DNA of 58,062 nucleotides, filler included, from Perkinsus olseni (Eukaryota): assembly GCA_013115125.1 (NCBI GenBank). It is 2 parts of 2 records of this genome, joined end to end, with 100 filler letters (N's around TTAATTAATTAA, not from the genome) between each part and the next. Parts side by side here need not be neighbours in the genome. Positions count along the whole stretch, not along the records: positions 1 to 28,983 come from JABANN010000437.1; positions 29,084 to 58,062 come from JABANN010000438.1. One strand, 5' to 3'. The translations under genes were made by a program, and so were the position numbers. Position 1 is the stretch's first letter. Each line of letters begins with the position of its first letter. The notes under the pieces are model-generated. The model saw only the letters and a program-made list of their open reading frames with translations. It made no database searches and was not told where the DNA came from. Positions 26,597 to 37,143 of this stretch are shown piece by piece.

Positions 26597-27483
26597 CATC
26601 CTACTCGCGTTCACATGCATGTGTAGGGTAGCCCACCAGCGGGCTTCCCTCATCTCTAAGAGCTGACGTAATCTCGTGGCTCCCAGCCACGAGAGAGCAG
26701 CCACTGGCTGCTCTTCTCACTTCATTTTTGCTGTTGATGTTGGCGTATAATTGTGAACATGCGTTGAGTTTAAGATATATCCGACATGCTGCGGGCGCTG
26801 ATTATGTGTCCTTCGACGCTCAGTGGCAGTTCTGCCGCTATTTCGTCTCCACGGGTTCCGGAGTTCACACGCTACAACCGGGAATGCATGCTCCGCTGTA
26901 TGAAGTACAACCGGAAATTCCGATGATCGCTTTCATTGGCATACGATTTCCGAATCGGAAATGGTAAGAATCGCCGACTGCAGATTGCCAAGGTAGCCAG
27001 CGCGAGGGCATAGAACATGTGCCTTCCACGAATTCCTTACTGTCCCCTTATCTGCACCACGTACACAGAAAACTTCCCAAGCCGCCTGGTCGCCTTCATG
27101 CGCCTTCTCAAAACCCTGGCTCTGCTTTGGTTTTCTCGGACGCGAACTGGCCCGGGTCTCCACGAGGGAGGTTCGCGACGCCATCGAAGAGATCGGTGCA
27201 AAGAATGATGATGAGGTTAGCTGCTTTCATCCTGGTGAATCGGAAACGGGAACTGCCGTAGCCACGGGCAAGCAGTGTTGTGATCAAATACGTAACATAG
27301 TGGTATGATCACGTGGGCCATCATACTGAGACATCTAATGGAGCCTATTTTGGCCCATCATCCGTCTAATGCATTCGCGGATCGGTGTCATCGAAGCTGC
27401 GCGGGACGAGAGTGCCGATAGATCCTAGGCTCGTGTCGGCCTTCGAGCCTCCAACTTCCTGGGAACGAGGTAGATGAGTTATG

Positions 27484-28909
27484 TTAGACATCGTGAACTA
27501 CTAGGAAGTCCCTAGTAGGAACCACTCCGGTCGAGGGCCTTCTTGAGTAGTTACCGATGGCTTCTATTGCCGTAAGTATCATAACCGAATACAAATCATC
27601 CCCCCGCACTAAGGTCAAAGCAGTCGGGCGGCTATACCTGATTCCTGAGGAAAGAGAGATGTATACTTCATCCAACTCGAGAGCCCTCTCAGAATAACAG
27701 TCATATCAAATACATTGACATCATGGCTATAAATTTAAGAAGAGGAGATATCAGTTACGCGGCAGTATACTCCTGTTTAGAAGTAGTAGGCGAATAGCTT
27801 GCTATGAGGATCGGACTGAAACATATATACACCTGATGTGTAGAGCAGCGATATGTTACCTGGTAGTTTACGGTAGCTCTTTGAAGTTTAACATCCTATA
27901 CAGAGCTTCTGCGCCGGTGTCCCGCACGTCCACAGATAAGAATGCCGCTGCCGTATCCGGCCACTTAGCCTTCACCTAAACGGCTCACAGCATACAATGA
28001 CAGCGACATGAACAGTTCAGACATGCCATCCTCGTTGGTCGACCGGAAACTTCTTTACATAAGATGTATGCAGTATGTTTCTGCAAGGTGGTTCAATCTC
28101 TTATAGCCTCGAATATGCAGGAAAGGTCATTCGTTCGATGTGAAGGTATTGTTTCAGCCGGAGAAACTTGCTCATTATGGCATGGGATCACGTCAGCCAA
28201 AGCCTTCCCCAGCAACTCCGTCCCAACACCTATACCGCGCCAGCTACCTTCGACGAAAACCCAGGAGATGTAGCAAAGAAGAGAGTTATAGTTCTTGGGC
28301 TTGGGTCTGACATGAAATAATGAAGCGCTCGACAAATAGGGGCGTTGCATAATCTAGGTCCCAGCGCCCCGCTAGCACAGGCAGTGAAAAGACACGGAAC
28401 TGGCACAACTGTCTATTGTAATCACTGCTCGGTTACATTTTGGCTATCACGAGCTTAGCTTCTTCAGTCTCCCAGGGATACGGAATGAAAAACTCGACGC
28501 CTCCAGCGATTCTCTGAAAGAGGAATATCCTATCGTTCGATATACACGATGGCGAGCGGTAGCCTCTCCCGCTAACTGAGCACATCGGTTGTAGCGTAAG
28601 CCGAAAGAGCGCTGGCCCGTGAATTCATGGACCCTATGATGAAGTTCTCTGGCCCTGTATGAACGATATTAGGTCGCGACAGCTTCCCTAGACTCGGCTG
28701 GGAATGATGCGATCCCACAGGCTTACCCTGCTCGTATTCTGGCCTTCCCCGGCTGCTGCGAGAGACTCAGAGTCCGTTGTTGGAGATAACTTCGCCCTTC
28801 TAGCTTCATAAGAGGCTACGAAGGAGTAATCAGCTTTGATTAGTTCCATCATCTTGGGCCCGGGGATTTTGTCGCCTTCTTGCGCCCCCTCAAACTTCAG
28901 CTTAGGCAT
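27484..28909 (-). CDS. hypothetical multi-exon gene or remnant
   Basis: Exon-like MPKLKFEGAQEGDKIPGPKMMELIKADY..QNTSR followed by a GTAAGC donor, with further short open segments downstream. Confidence 0.3.
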
Positions 28910-28983
28910 ATTGTTGTCGTGTCGGCTGTCGCTCGCCACGCAATGTATTGTGATATTGTCTACTGCTAGGCTTAAGTGATCTA

Positions 28984-29082
28984 NNNNNNNNNNNNNNNNN
29001 NNNNNNNNNNNNNNNNNNNNNNNNNNNTTAATTAATTAANNNNNNNNNNNNNNNNNNNNNNNNNNNNNNNNNNNNNNNNNNN
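28984..29082. other. assembly gap with artificial TTAATTAATTAA six-frame-stop spacer
   Basis: N runs flanking TTAATTAATTAA at 29028-29039. Confidence 0.97.
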
Positions 29083-29154
29083 NGTATGCCAGCAGCGGTA
29101 TAGTAAGCCAACATCTTTCACCGAACCAACTACCCAACTCTCCTAGGTAACAAA

Positions 29155-29225
29155 CCTGCCCGCCGGGAGTCGAACCCGGGTCACAAGCATGGGAAGCTTG
29201 TATGATACCGTTACACTACGAGCGC
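29155..29225 (-). tRNA. tRNA-Gly(CCC) copy with damaged acceptor stem (likely pseudogene)
   Basis: Body as in the other copies, but the 3' strand reads CGGGCAG, so the first two acceptor pairs are mismatched. Confidence 0.7.
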
Positions 29226-29322
29226 TTCTGTTTTAGCTATTTGTATAGCTGCCCGGCTGTGAGCCGATTGCCTAGGGTCTCTACACTTCACCAATTTGAC
29301 AAAAAGATGTTTGGTTAGTCTC

Positions 29323-29393
29323 TGCGCCCACCGGGAGTCGAACCCGGGTCACAAGCATGGGAAGCTTGTATGATACCGTTACACTACGAGCGC
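29323..29393 (-). tRNA. tRNA-Gly(CCC)
   Basis: GCGCTCG TAGTGTAACGGTATCATA CAAGC TTCCCAT GCTTG TGAC CCGGG TTCGACT CCCGG TGGGCGC A; 71-nt cloverleaf. Confidence 0.92.
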
Positions 29394-29492
29394 TTCTGTC
29401 TTAGCTATTCGTATAGCTGCCCGGCTGTGAGCCGATTGCCCAGGGTTTCAACACTTCACCAATTTTGACAAGAAGATGAGTGGCATAGGCTC

Positions 29493-29563
29493 TGCGCCCG
29501 CCGAGAGTCGAACCCGGATCACAAGCATGGGAAGCTTATATGATACCGTTACACTACGAGGGC
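29493..29563 (-). tRNA. tRNA-Gly(CCC) variant with acceptor C:C mismatch (possible pseudogene)
   Basis: 5' end GCCCTCG, plus G-U substitutions in the anticodon and T stems. Confidence 0.7.
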
Positions 29564-29658
29564 TTCTGTTTCAGCTATTCGTATAGCTGCCCGGCTGTGA
29601 GCCGATTGCCTAGGGTTTCTACACTTCACCAATTTGACAAGATGTGTGGCATAGGCTC

Positions 29659-29729
29659 TGCGCCCGCCGAGAGTCGAACCCGGATCACAAGCATGGGAAG
29701 CTTGTATGATACCGTTACACTACGAGCGC
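29659..29729 (-). tRNA. tRNA-Gly(CCC)
   Basis: GCGCTCG..CAAGC TTCCCAT GCTTG..CCGGG TTCGACT CTCGG CGGGCGC A; intact cloverleaf with one G-U in the T stem. Confidence 0.9.
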
Positions 29730-29835
29730 TTCTGTTTCACCTATTCGTACAGCAGCTCGGCTGTGACCTACGGTGACCCGATTGCCTAGGGTCTCCACGT
29801 TTCACCAATTTGATGAGTGGATGTGAAAGATAGGC

Positions 29836-29903
29836 TGCGCGCTCGGTCGGACCCAGATCCCAAGCATGGAAGCTTGAACGATACCGTTGCTACAAACAGA
29901 GCA
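29836..29903 (-). pseudogene. degenerate tRNA-Gly copy
   Basis: Recognisable CAAGCATGGAAGCTTG..GATACCGTT with indels and a broken T arm. Confidence 0.75.
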
Positions 29904-30787
29904 CTAACTCCTTTCGACTTTGCGAAGGTTAATGAGTTTTGAACACCGGAAGCGAGTTTCGTTAGTTTCACTGATACGTTCACGAGTGCTATGAAATAGT
30001 AGCTTCCACTGGTCGTTCTCAACGAGTCGTAAAATTCCTAGTTGTTCGCAATGGACACACCCTACCCAGCCGACGCAACCAAGCAAGCTGTCGTTTCGGA
30101 GATCCTGGGAAAGGTGAGCCGCGTTCATCAAACGGGCATTCAACTCATGGTATAGTTAGTAACGTGACTTAGACCCGAATTCAGATGGTGGTTCTGCTGT
30201 GTCAGTCTGGTCTATTGTACAGCGAGCCGGCGAAGTCGAAGCATGTTCTATGCCGACCCAAGATACTCCCTATAAAATCAATTACCCTGGAAAAGATAGG
30301 TGAGGTTGTTCGGGTAGCTCTGTTCAATGTCTTTCATCGGATCAGAGTGCCGAGCACATATCAGTAGCCGTCCCGCGTTCGGCTCCGAAATTCGGACTCT
30401 TTGTAATCTTTATGTTGCGTGATTAGAAAAGATGGAGCAGCAGCTCGCAGCGCAGGCATCGAGTAAACAAGTGGAACCGCGGCGTAATTGAGTCCTTCAA
30501 GTACGAGTGATATGAGACTATGCTGTTGCCATGACTTGCTCAGTGGCAGACTACGTGACAGGCAAGCGCTTAGTTTCGACGGCCAGTCACGCGGTGCCCG
30601 AGGGGCGAAGGTTATCCGTATATGACTGCGCGAGCCATGTGTCCCAAGCATGTCGTACTTGAGGATTTCTGTTCACACACACTGCAGTAGAGTTGATTCA
30701 ATCAACTTGAGTACTACTTTGAACGGAGGAGGATCCAATCAGTTCTCATGATAGGTGATTCCTCGACCAAGGACCGACCCCTGAGCG

Positions 30788-32887
30788 TTGGAGACGCTAA
30801 GTAAAGTCCGTTCAGTCCGCTCGGAGGATCATTCCCGCCTCACTCATCTCAGATTCGACCTACTGACGCCAGCGCTCCGCTCGAGAGCTTTCCCGCTCGA
30901 GTTCTTTGATGATGTAAACGCTTACGAGACCCGAACACCAGAGGAGTGGCTTCAATGGTGTGCCGAGATCGAATCGCTCGGGCAGCCCTCAGCGGACGTC
31001 CTTCACACACGCGATAGTCGAAACCAATTCGTTCCGTGCTGCGTGCGCGGCTACGACGCCGCCGACGGAAGGTTCGTGATAGTAATACCGAGCGAAGCAG
31101 GCATGGTGAAGCGAGTGAAGAGACTTTCCCTGCGGTTCCGTTGTGAAGATCGAGTACGATTCCGCGATCGGATAGAGTGGGCTCGTCAGTGCCGAAGGAA
31201 CGCCCTCCTTCGACTGGAACTCAACTCTCGACTCCGAGCGAGATGTCACGAGCTCGGTCTTCGAATGCCGGCTCGTATGCAACAGAGTTTAGCGGACATG
31301 TGCTTCCGAGCGTTGCAGGACCTATCCAAAACATCACAAGTCAAATGCCCGCAGGAGATTTTCGAAGGCCCATTGAAGCGGCTCGTGCAAGAGGTGGATG
31401 CTCGGTATAAGATGACCCTTACGAAGCACGCTATGGGATTCGGTAAATCTGGGTTCCATTCGAGGCAGCGAGCGCGGGAGTTAAACCGTGGGCCTTCACC
31501 CTCCCTCACACCCTCTGTCTCCGACCGTTGCCGGAAACTATCTCGTCAGACGAGATTCTGTGCGCCTCTTTTGCATGCGCTTTGTTCGTGTTGGAGTGCC
31601 TGCCAGCAAGTGCTCAGCCTGCGGATCCTCGACACTGACTGGGCTCGACGCAATCCCCGCAGTGACCCTAGAAAGCTGCTCTCGAGCGGCAGAGGTTTCC
31701 CGGATGCCACCAAGAAAGAAAGGCAGATGGAAAGAAGCGCCACCAAACGCTATCCCTCTCCGACGCCAGTGCTGAGCTTCGGTGACTTCATAGAACAGAC
31801 GAGGGCTCACAAAGAGAAAGTCACTGAGGTTGTAAAGCGGCACTGGCGCGACTACGCTGTACGTGAGTTGTTCGACAAGCTGGGCACGACGTTTAACTTC
31901 CTCCGAGAGGACACGGAGAGGCATGTGGAATCTCCACAGCACGGCGTCTGTCGTATGATCGACATGATGCTCGGTCGTATGATAACACGATGGCTGGAAG
32001 CCTGTCTCGAAGAGTGGGTGAGAAGTATCGAGACACCATCACTCTTCCCGACCATCAGAATAGAGTTGGATCTTTCTGAATCTGGTAAAGTTATCTTATC
32101 GCCGAGCCGGGCCGAAATTATACAGACTTTCGAGTCCCTCATCGACAGTGCTGAGGCCGCCCTTGCCACTCTTTCTACGATTGAGCCCGAGCTCTTCCCC
32201 TGCTGTGGGATACCATCGGAGTCGCTCGTCACAATAGATCAGAAGCTGATGCTGAACTTCAAAGAACGTGTGGGATGCGCCCTACTCGAGGATCTACGAG
32301 AACCTCTACAACTGGCAGAATCATACGCCGCTCACGAGAAGATACGTTTTGAAGTCGGGCCACCGAGTAATGCCGCAGAAAATTTCGGAGCTGCTCGTGA
32401 CTTCGTGAATCGCTGCACCCAGGCGTCGGCCGCAGTGACTCGTGTCTGCCCCGGCGGCATACGATCGAAGCTGTTCATCGTTGACACGAAGAACGTAACG
32501 AGGAAGCTTAGCATGGCACGTGAGCGAGTGAGCAGAGACTTTCTCATTTCGACGTCTCGCCAGTTAGAGAAGGAAGTTCGGGAGCTAAGATACGCCTACC
32601 GGTCACTCGAACAGCAGCTCAGCGTCACGCCCAGTGACCACGAAGTTGAACAGCTGCTGCGTTCCGTTGGGGATATCGAAGAGCAGGTTTTGGAACCGCT
32701 AGAGCGGAGGACTTCGCGGCTTTCTGACATTGTCGATTTTCTGGACCACTCCCGATTCTTGATATCGATCAGTCTCCGCGCAGATATCTACCATCTCCGT
32801 GGCAGTTGTTCCGATATCAGAATAGAGCTGAGCCTCTTTTCTGAGAGCTTGAGGGCACAGAGAGAAGGGTTGAATTCTGACCATTGA
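30788..32887 (+). CDS. axonemal dynein heavy chain (DNAH1-like) N-terminal tail homologue without motor domain; small 5' exons probably at ~30185-30780
   Basis: FPLEFFDDVNAYETRTPEEWL..YDAADGRFVI..VKRLSLRFRCEDRVRFRDRIEWARQCRRNA resembles the DNAH1 N-terminus; helical tail follows; stop at 32887 with a convergent gene from 33233. Confidence 0.72.
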   Translation: METLSKVRSVRSEDHSRLTHLRFDLLTPALRSRAFPLEFFDDVNAYETRTPEEWLQWCAEIESLGQPSADVLHTRDSRNQFVPCCVRGYDAADGRFVIVIPSEAGMVKRVKRLSLRFRCEDRVRFRDRIEWARQCRRNALLRLELNSRLRARCHELGLRMPARMQQSLADMCFRALQDLSKTSQVKCPQEIFEGPLKRLVQEVDARYKMTLTKHAMGFGKSGFHSRQRARELNRGPSPSLTPSVSDRCRKLSRQTRFCAPLLHALCSCWSACQQVLSLRILDTDWARRNPRSDPRKLLSSGRGFPDATKKERQMERSATKRYPSPTPVLSFGDFIEQTRAHKEKVTEVVKRHWRDYAVRELFDKLGTTFNFLREDTERHVESPQHGVCRMIDMMLGRMITRWLEACLEEWVRSIETPSLFPTIRIELDLSESGKVILSPSRAEIIQTFESLIDSAEAALATLSTIEPELFPCCGIPSESLVTIDQKLMLNFKERVGCALLEDLREPLQLAESYAAHEKIRFEVGPPSNAAENFGAARDFVNRCTQASAAVTRVCPGGIRSKLFIVDTKNVTRKLSMARERVSRDFLISTSRQLEKEVRELRYAYRSLEQQLSVTPSDHEVEQLLRSVGDIEEQVLEPLERRTSRLSDIVDFLDHSRFLISISLRADIYHLRGSCSDIRIELSLFSESLRAQREGLNSDH

Positions 32888-33232
32888 GATCACATGCGTT
32901 GTGTGTGACTAACGTTGTAGTCGAGTTACCAGTACAAACATTGTTCTGAACTCTTTCTGTGCACCGTACTGAGGGTCCATTTTCGGACGCCGTCATCGCA
33001 TCCCTTATCTCTAATGTTGTTCTCTATAGACCGAACGTCGGGCATCGATGAAAGGATCGCCGCAGGTGATTCGCCACGGCGCGAGCCCGAGGAACCGCCA
33101 GGGCTTTGGTCAGGCTAGTGCGTCACTCCTTTTCAGAACTCAACCGTGAGCCGAGTCTCATAGCAGTATCAATTAACATGCACCATGATCACCACAAATG
33201 TACAAGAGGCTCGAGCCAGTACTGGATACTCC

Positions 33233-35290
33233 CTACTCTGGATCTTCACGCTCTGTCTTCTCTTCATAGAAGCGAAGCTTCGACTGCTCGCTGCTGTACC
33301 ACTCTGCGAACTCTTGCCACAACTTGGGCATCGAATCCAACAGAGTCTTCAGATCGTCTATGCTGATCGTGAGCAGCTCACAATGAGTTGAGCACAAAGC
33401 CGAACACGGTCGCAGAATGTTTTCCCGTTCACTGGGCTTGTTAGTAGCGAGTAGACGCAGAGCCGTCTGACCTACATGAGCTGGTGCCTTCACAATGACG
33501 CACTCTGGGTACCCTTCGCCGCTCTCAACCGAATAGAAGAGACCAAGCTGACCAACTTGTAGGAAGTAGAGACAGTCGTCCAGCTCGCTGTCGAGGAAGA
33601 GAACGTCCCCAGGGGCCTGTGTTGCGAACTTCACCTTCGCCAACAGCCGCTCGAATGCCAACTGATGCCGCACCAACCACTTGAAGTGCCGGGCTTCCTT
33701 CAGAGGAGGGCCGTAGACTCTGGCCAAGACGGAAATCCTCAAAGCCGGGGAGAGATCTCTCATGATTTCCGATTCCTTGAAACCGAGGTCCAACCCGCCA
33801 TGCTCCCATCGATACTGCATGTACCGTCGAAGTCGACGCTGAAGGTGATACGGCAGTCGTCGCCACTTCATGTACCTTCCCAAGTTGAGCATCGCGCTTT
33901 TGTGCTGAACATTTCTGCCGAAAAACTGATGAACCACTTCCGTCACCGCACCGACCATACCGGAAAAGGCGACGATCGAGACGAGTAGGAAGAACGCTGT
34001 AAAGGCCTTCTCGCCCGAGGAAACAGGATGGATGTCTCCGTACCCGACCGTCGTCATCGTGCTCAAAGTAAAGTAAAGAGCGTTGAGATACAACAGAAGC
34101 TTGAAGCTGTCTGAATTCTCCAGCTCCGATCGATCGAGGGCCACCATCCAGGACTCCTCCCAGTCACATTGGAGAAGGTTCTCACTGGGCTTGTCGCACG
34201 AGAGCGAGCGAAGGCCCACGCTGAACCAGACGCACGCGGAGACGTGACTGAGCAGCACGATCCAGAGAATCATCTTGCTGATCGAAGCAGCGAAGTGGGC
34301 TATCGGGAAGACCTCCAAGAACTCCTCAATGCGGCCTAGGATGTGGATGAGCTTAGCCAAGCGTAGAAGTCGGAAAAGCCTCAGAAATCTGGTGAAACGC
34401 AAAAGCCTGAACCACCTGCCCGAGTCGTAGGCCCCACTGGATTCGGGTGCCAACCACGTGAACGGGAAGGACGCGATGAGATCGAACAAGAGCCAACCTC
34501 GGATGTAATGCTTCCAGATCATTCCAGGATCAGTGACAAGCTCTGAACCTCGGTAGTAACCGGTAAAAAAGTTGAGGAGAACGTCGAAGAGCCAGAAGAT
34601 CGTGATGATGTTCTCAGAGAGGAGGTAGATACCCTCTGGCTTGGCGTTGAAGCTGACACGATACGGGATGCTGATCGCATCGGAGACGATGAGTAGGAAA
34701 CCGAAAAGGTCCCAAACCGTACGAAAGATAGAGTCGGGCAGGATGACCGGCAGGGGCACTTCTACTGACCTTCCGCCAGTCAGCGTCCCGATCGAAGAAT
34801 CGCTTCTCATGTCGTTCCTGGTCATGGCGGACCGCATCGAGGTGGCCCAAGTCATCTCGGGCGTTCCTAGGGAGGGTCTGCGGACTCGACGACGGCAGAA
34901 ACAACAGCCGATCGTAAAGACGCTGGTGACCATAACCACCGTCCCCTTCAAGTGCGTCTTCCTCCTCAACCCGACGTTAGTCGCTGTACTGTCATCCACC
35001 AGGACCGTCTCATCGTTGTGGCTGGCGATATTCTCAGGGAGTGTGCACCTCGTCTTTGCCGTGGTAACCAGCGCGAGTCTCCGTGGTGGATCGACGCTCA
35101 CCGTAGGCACGGTAGTCACTGCTCCTGTGTCGCGGGGCCTCCGACCCTGCAGGGAGCGGAACTCTGATCGTATATCGTCGAGGTGGGCCTTCACAGCATC
35201 AATACTCTCCGCGATCTTCTCGAGAGCTGGACAATCTTCGGATGAATCAGTGAGTGATCGCCGCAGGGCAGAGGTATTTGCTGAGGCCAT
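33233..35290 (-). CDS. 6-TM potassium channel with cyclic-nucleotide-binding domain (KCNH/HCN/CNG superfamily), intronless
   Basis: S4 RWFRLLRFTRFLRLFRLLRLAKL, pore YFTLSTMTTVGYGDIHP, C-linker and CNBD (PGDVLF..LYFLQVG..SALCSTHCELLTI). Confidence 0.96.
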   Translation of the reverse strand: MASANTSALRRSLTDSSEDCPALEKIAESIDAVKAHLDDIRSEFRSLQGRRPRDTGAVTTVPTVSVDPPRRLALVTTAKTRCTLPENIASHNDETVLVDDSTATNVGLRRKTHLKGTVVMVTSVFTIGCCFCRRRVRRPSLGTPEMTWATSMRSAMTRNDMRSDSSIGTLTGGRSVEVPLPVILPDSIFRTVWDLFGFLLIVSDAISIPYRVSFNAKPEGIYLLSENIITIFWLFDVLLNFFTGYYRGSELVTDPGMIWKHYIRGWLLFDLIASFPFTWLAPESSGAYDSGRWFRLLRFTRFLRLFRLLRLAKLIHILGRIEEFLEVFPIAHFAASISKMILWIVLLSHVSACVWFSVGLRSLSCDKPSENLLQCDWEESWMVALDRSELENSDSFKLLLYLNALYFTLSTMTTVGYGDIHPVSSGEKAFTAFFLLVSIVAFSGMVGAVTEVVHQFFGRNVQHKSAMLNLGRYMKWRRLPYHLQRRLRRYMQYRWEHGGLDLGFKESEIMRDLSPALRISVLARVYGPPLKEARHFKWLVRHQLAFERLLAKVKFATQAPGDVLFLDSELDDCLYFLQVGQLGLFYSVESGEGYPECVIVKAPAHVGQTALRLLATNKPSERENILRPCSALCSTHCELLTISIDDLKTLLDSMPKLWQEFAEWYSSEQSKLRFYEEKTEREDPE

Positions 35291-35974
35291 AGTGAACCAA
35301 GAGCAGCTAAGATTTACTGGAAAGTTGGTATCAGTTCAACCGCCCAGTCTACGGACTCATCCCGTAAACAAGAATAGAACGATTGCCCCTATGAGTCGGC
35401 TCTGGGTAGCACCTTATTCATCAAGGGCCTCACGATCAGAGCGTCGCGAATGGGCTCGATCTAGTCCGAATTCCCAATTTCTCAGGCTCCCCAACCTGAG
35501 CGAGTGAGCCCTCAGGTCTGCCAGGAAAGAATGCCCCGAAAACGGAAAGAAAAGGAGACGGCGTGCAACAATTGATTCTAAGGATCCATTCGCTCCTCTC
35601 ATCATTCAGAATCCGATCTTCGAGTTCCTCTACCGATAATTTTCTCCGACAGACCTCTCAGCGACAGCGAGCTGACTAAGCCTATCGGGCGGACGGGTGA
35701 TAGAAAGCCCACTGCGAAACTCGACGTACAGTCAGGATCAAGGAAGCGGTCTGCGCCTCAGGGTCAACGGGCCGAGAGACGACTCGCCGGGGTGCAGGCA
35801 AGAAGCCGAACGAAAGGCCCCGGTGCAGGGCAAAAGTCGTCATTACACAGCGGCGCGCACAGCTGCGTAACAGATGCACAATAGTGAGAAGATAGTGACG
35901 ACTATAGTGTTAGCTAGGTAACAATTACAGCCTGGTTCAGTACCACTCAGCTCTTGCTTTGCTGCTACTACGTA

Positions 35975-36040
35975 CCATTAGTATGAGATAATCGTCTTAC
36001 CTCATTCCGCGCCTTGCACTCGCGTGCATGAGTATACGTG
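35975..36040 (+). repeat. dispersed repeat shared with 57820-57882
   Basis: CATTAGT.T.AGATAA.CGTCT.ACCTCATTC.GCGCCTTGCACTCGCGTGC..GAGTAT.CG in both places. Confidence 0.85.
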
Positions 36041-36984
36041 CTACACTAAGCTCAGCTCAGCTCAGTAAGCTGTAGATCACATTATCGCTTAGCTGCCACC
36101 TAGGCCGTATTTATCACTCATTGAGCCTTGTCTCAGATAGCCACACTGTACTGAGTTATAGTGCACAGATTCTGCGCTGATTGGTCGAGAAATTGTCGAC
36201 CGTGAAGGCCAGGGTGCAAGGCCGAGATGAGAGTCTTTCGAACGTTGAGAAGCGTCCGCGTTCCGTTGCAGGTGCCCGCAAAACATTATACGAGTCACAA
36301 ATTCAGGCTTGGAATCGAACAGCGTGTGCCAGCTGCGGTGGGCGGGAGTAATGGCGTGCGCCAGGACGAGGCTGTTGGGGCGGGGGGGCTGCGCGGTCGG
36401 CCTTCGATGGCCACTCGAGAATTGAACAAGCCACCCTCCCACCCCGGCTCAGCGGTCCAACCGATGCTGGCATCACAGTCCGCGTCGTTGTTGCTGATCA
36501 CGCGGCCATCTCGCCTTGAGCATGCGTGCATAGCTAATTGCCTCTTGACAGAGTTTGCTGGGGACAAGACTTTTCCACCCTGTGTTAACAACAGTGGAAA
36601 GGTAACAGCCGCGTCCGGATGGGACTTGAGGGTATCCTCAGTCGCTCTGGTCAGATCAATAACCGAGAATCCCAGCTTATTCGTAGATGAAGCACTGGAA
36701 TCAACGACTGATGCGATGACAGAAACCATTGGCGGTGACGCTAAGGACGGGGAGAGCAGTGACATGCTCTGCCTACCTACCAACCTGTTGGTCAGAAAAC
36801 TCGGATATGACGACGCTTGAGCGTAGTTCCGAAGTAAAGAAAAGACAGGTGGTGGGGCAATCCCTCGACGGCTCCCCTCGAGAAGGGGCAATCTACGATG
36901 GCGGCCGTGGATGTAGGCCTGAGGGGAGGTGGCGGCGTCCGTCTACCACAGCTACACTCCCGCCGGAGATCATAGCAGGATCGT

Positions 36985-36994
36985 GTGCATGCGT
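36985..36994 (+). promoter_or_regulatory. candidate upstream motif GTGCATGCGT (also at 46367-46376 and 54649-54658)
   Basis: Identical 10-mer 159, 148 and 106 nt upstream of the three Cu/Zn-SOD ATGs, in otherwise dissimilar flanks. Confidence 0.5.
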
Positions 36995-37143
36995 GCAAGC
37001 TTCTTCACCCTTATGAATTATCCGATAATTGGCCTAGCGACGACTTTATCTGACCCTCCTGCCTAGTCACGAGAAGAATCTTCATTGATGTTGTTGTCGG
37101 AAGTCCTCGTTCTTTCAGAGTAACAATCTTACATCTCTCCCTA

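Larger units (their letters stand above)
29155..29905 (-). repeat. tandem array of ~166-175 bp units, each holding a tRNA-Gly(CCC) gene or pseudogene
   Basis: Repeated spacer TTCTGT..AGCTATT.GTATAGCTGCCCGGCTGTGAGCCGATTGCC.AGGGT..CTACACTTCACCAATTTGAC between five tRNA copies. Confidence 0.95.

Noticed and set aside
29028-29039. TTAATTAATTAA palindrome
   Set aside because: Embedded in N runs; an artificial scaffold spacer.
29155-29905. Regularly spaced repeats resembling a CRISPR array
   Set aside because: Whole units including spacers are repeated and contain tRNA genes; eukaryotic context, no cas genes.
34641-35507. 288-aa plus-strand ORF
   Set aside because: Antisense shadow of the K+ channel gene; no independent features.
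36227-36891. Two ~198-aa overlapping ORFs as real genes
   Set aside because: No recognisable motifs or gene-like composition; kept only as a possible decayed element.
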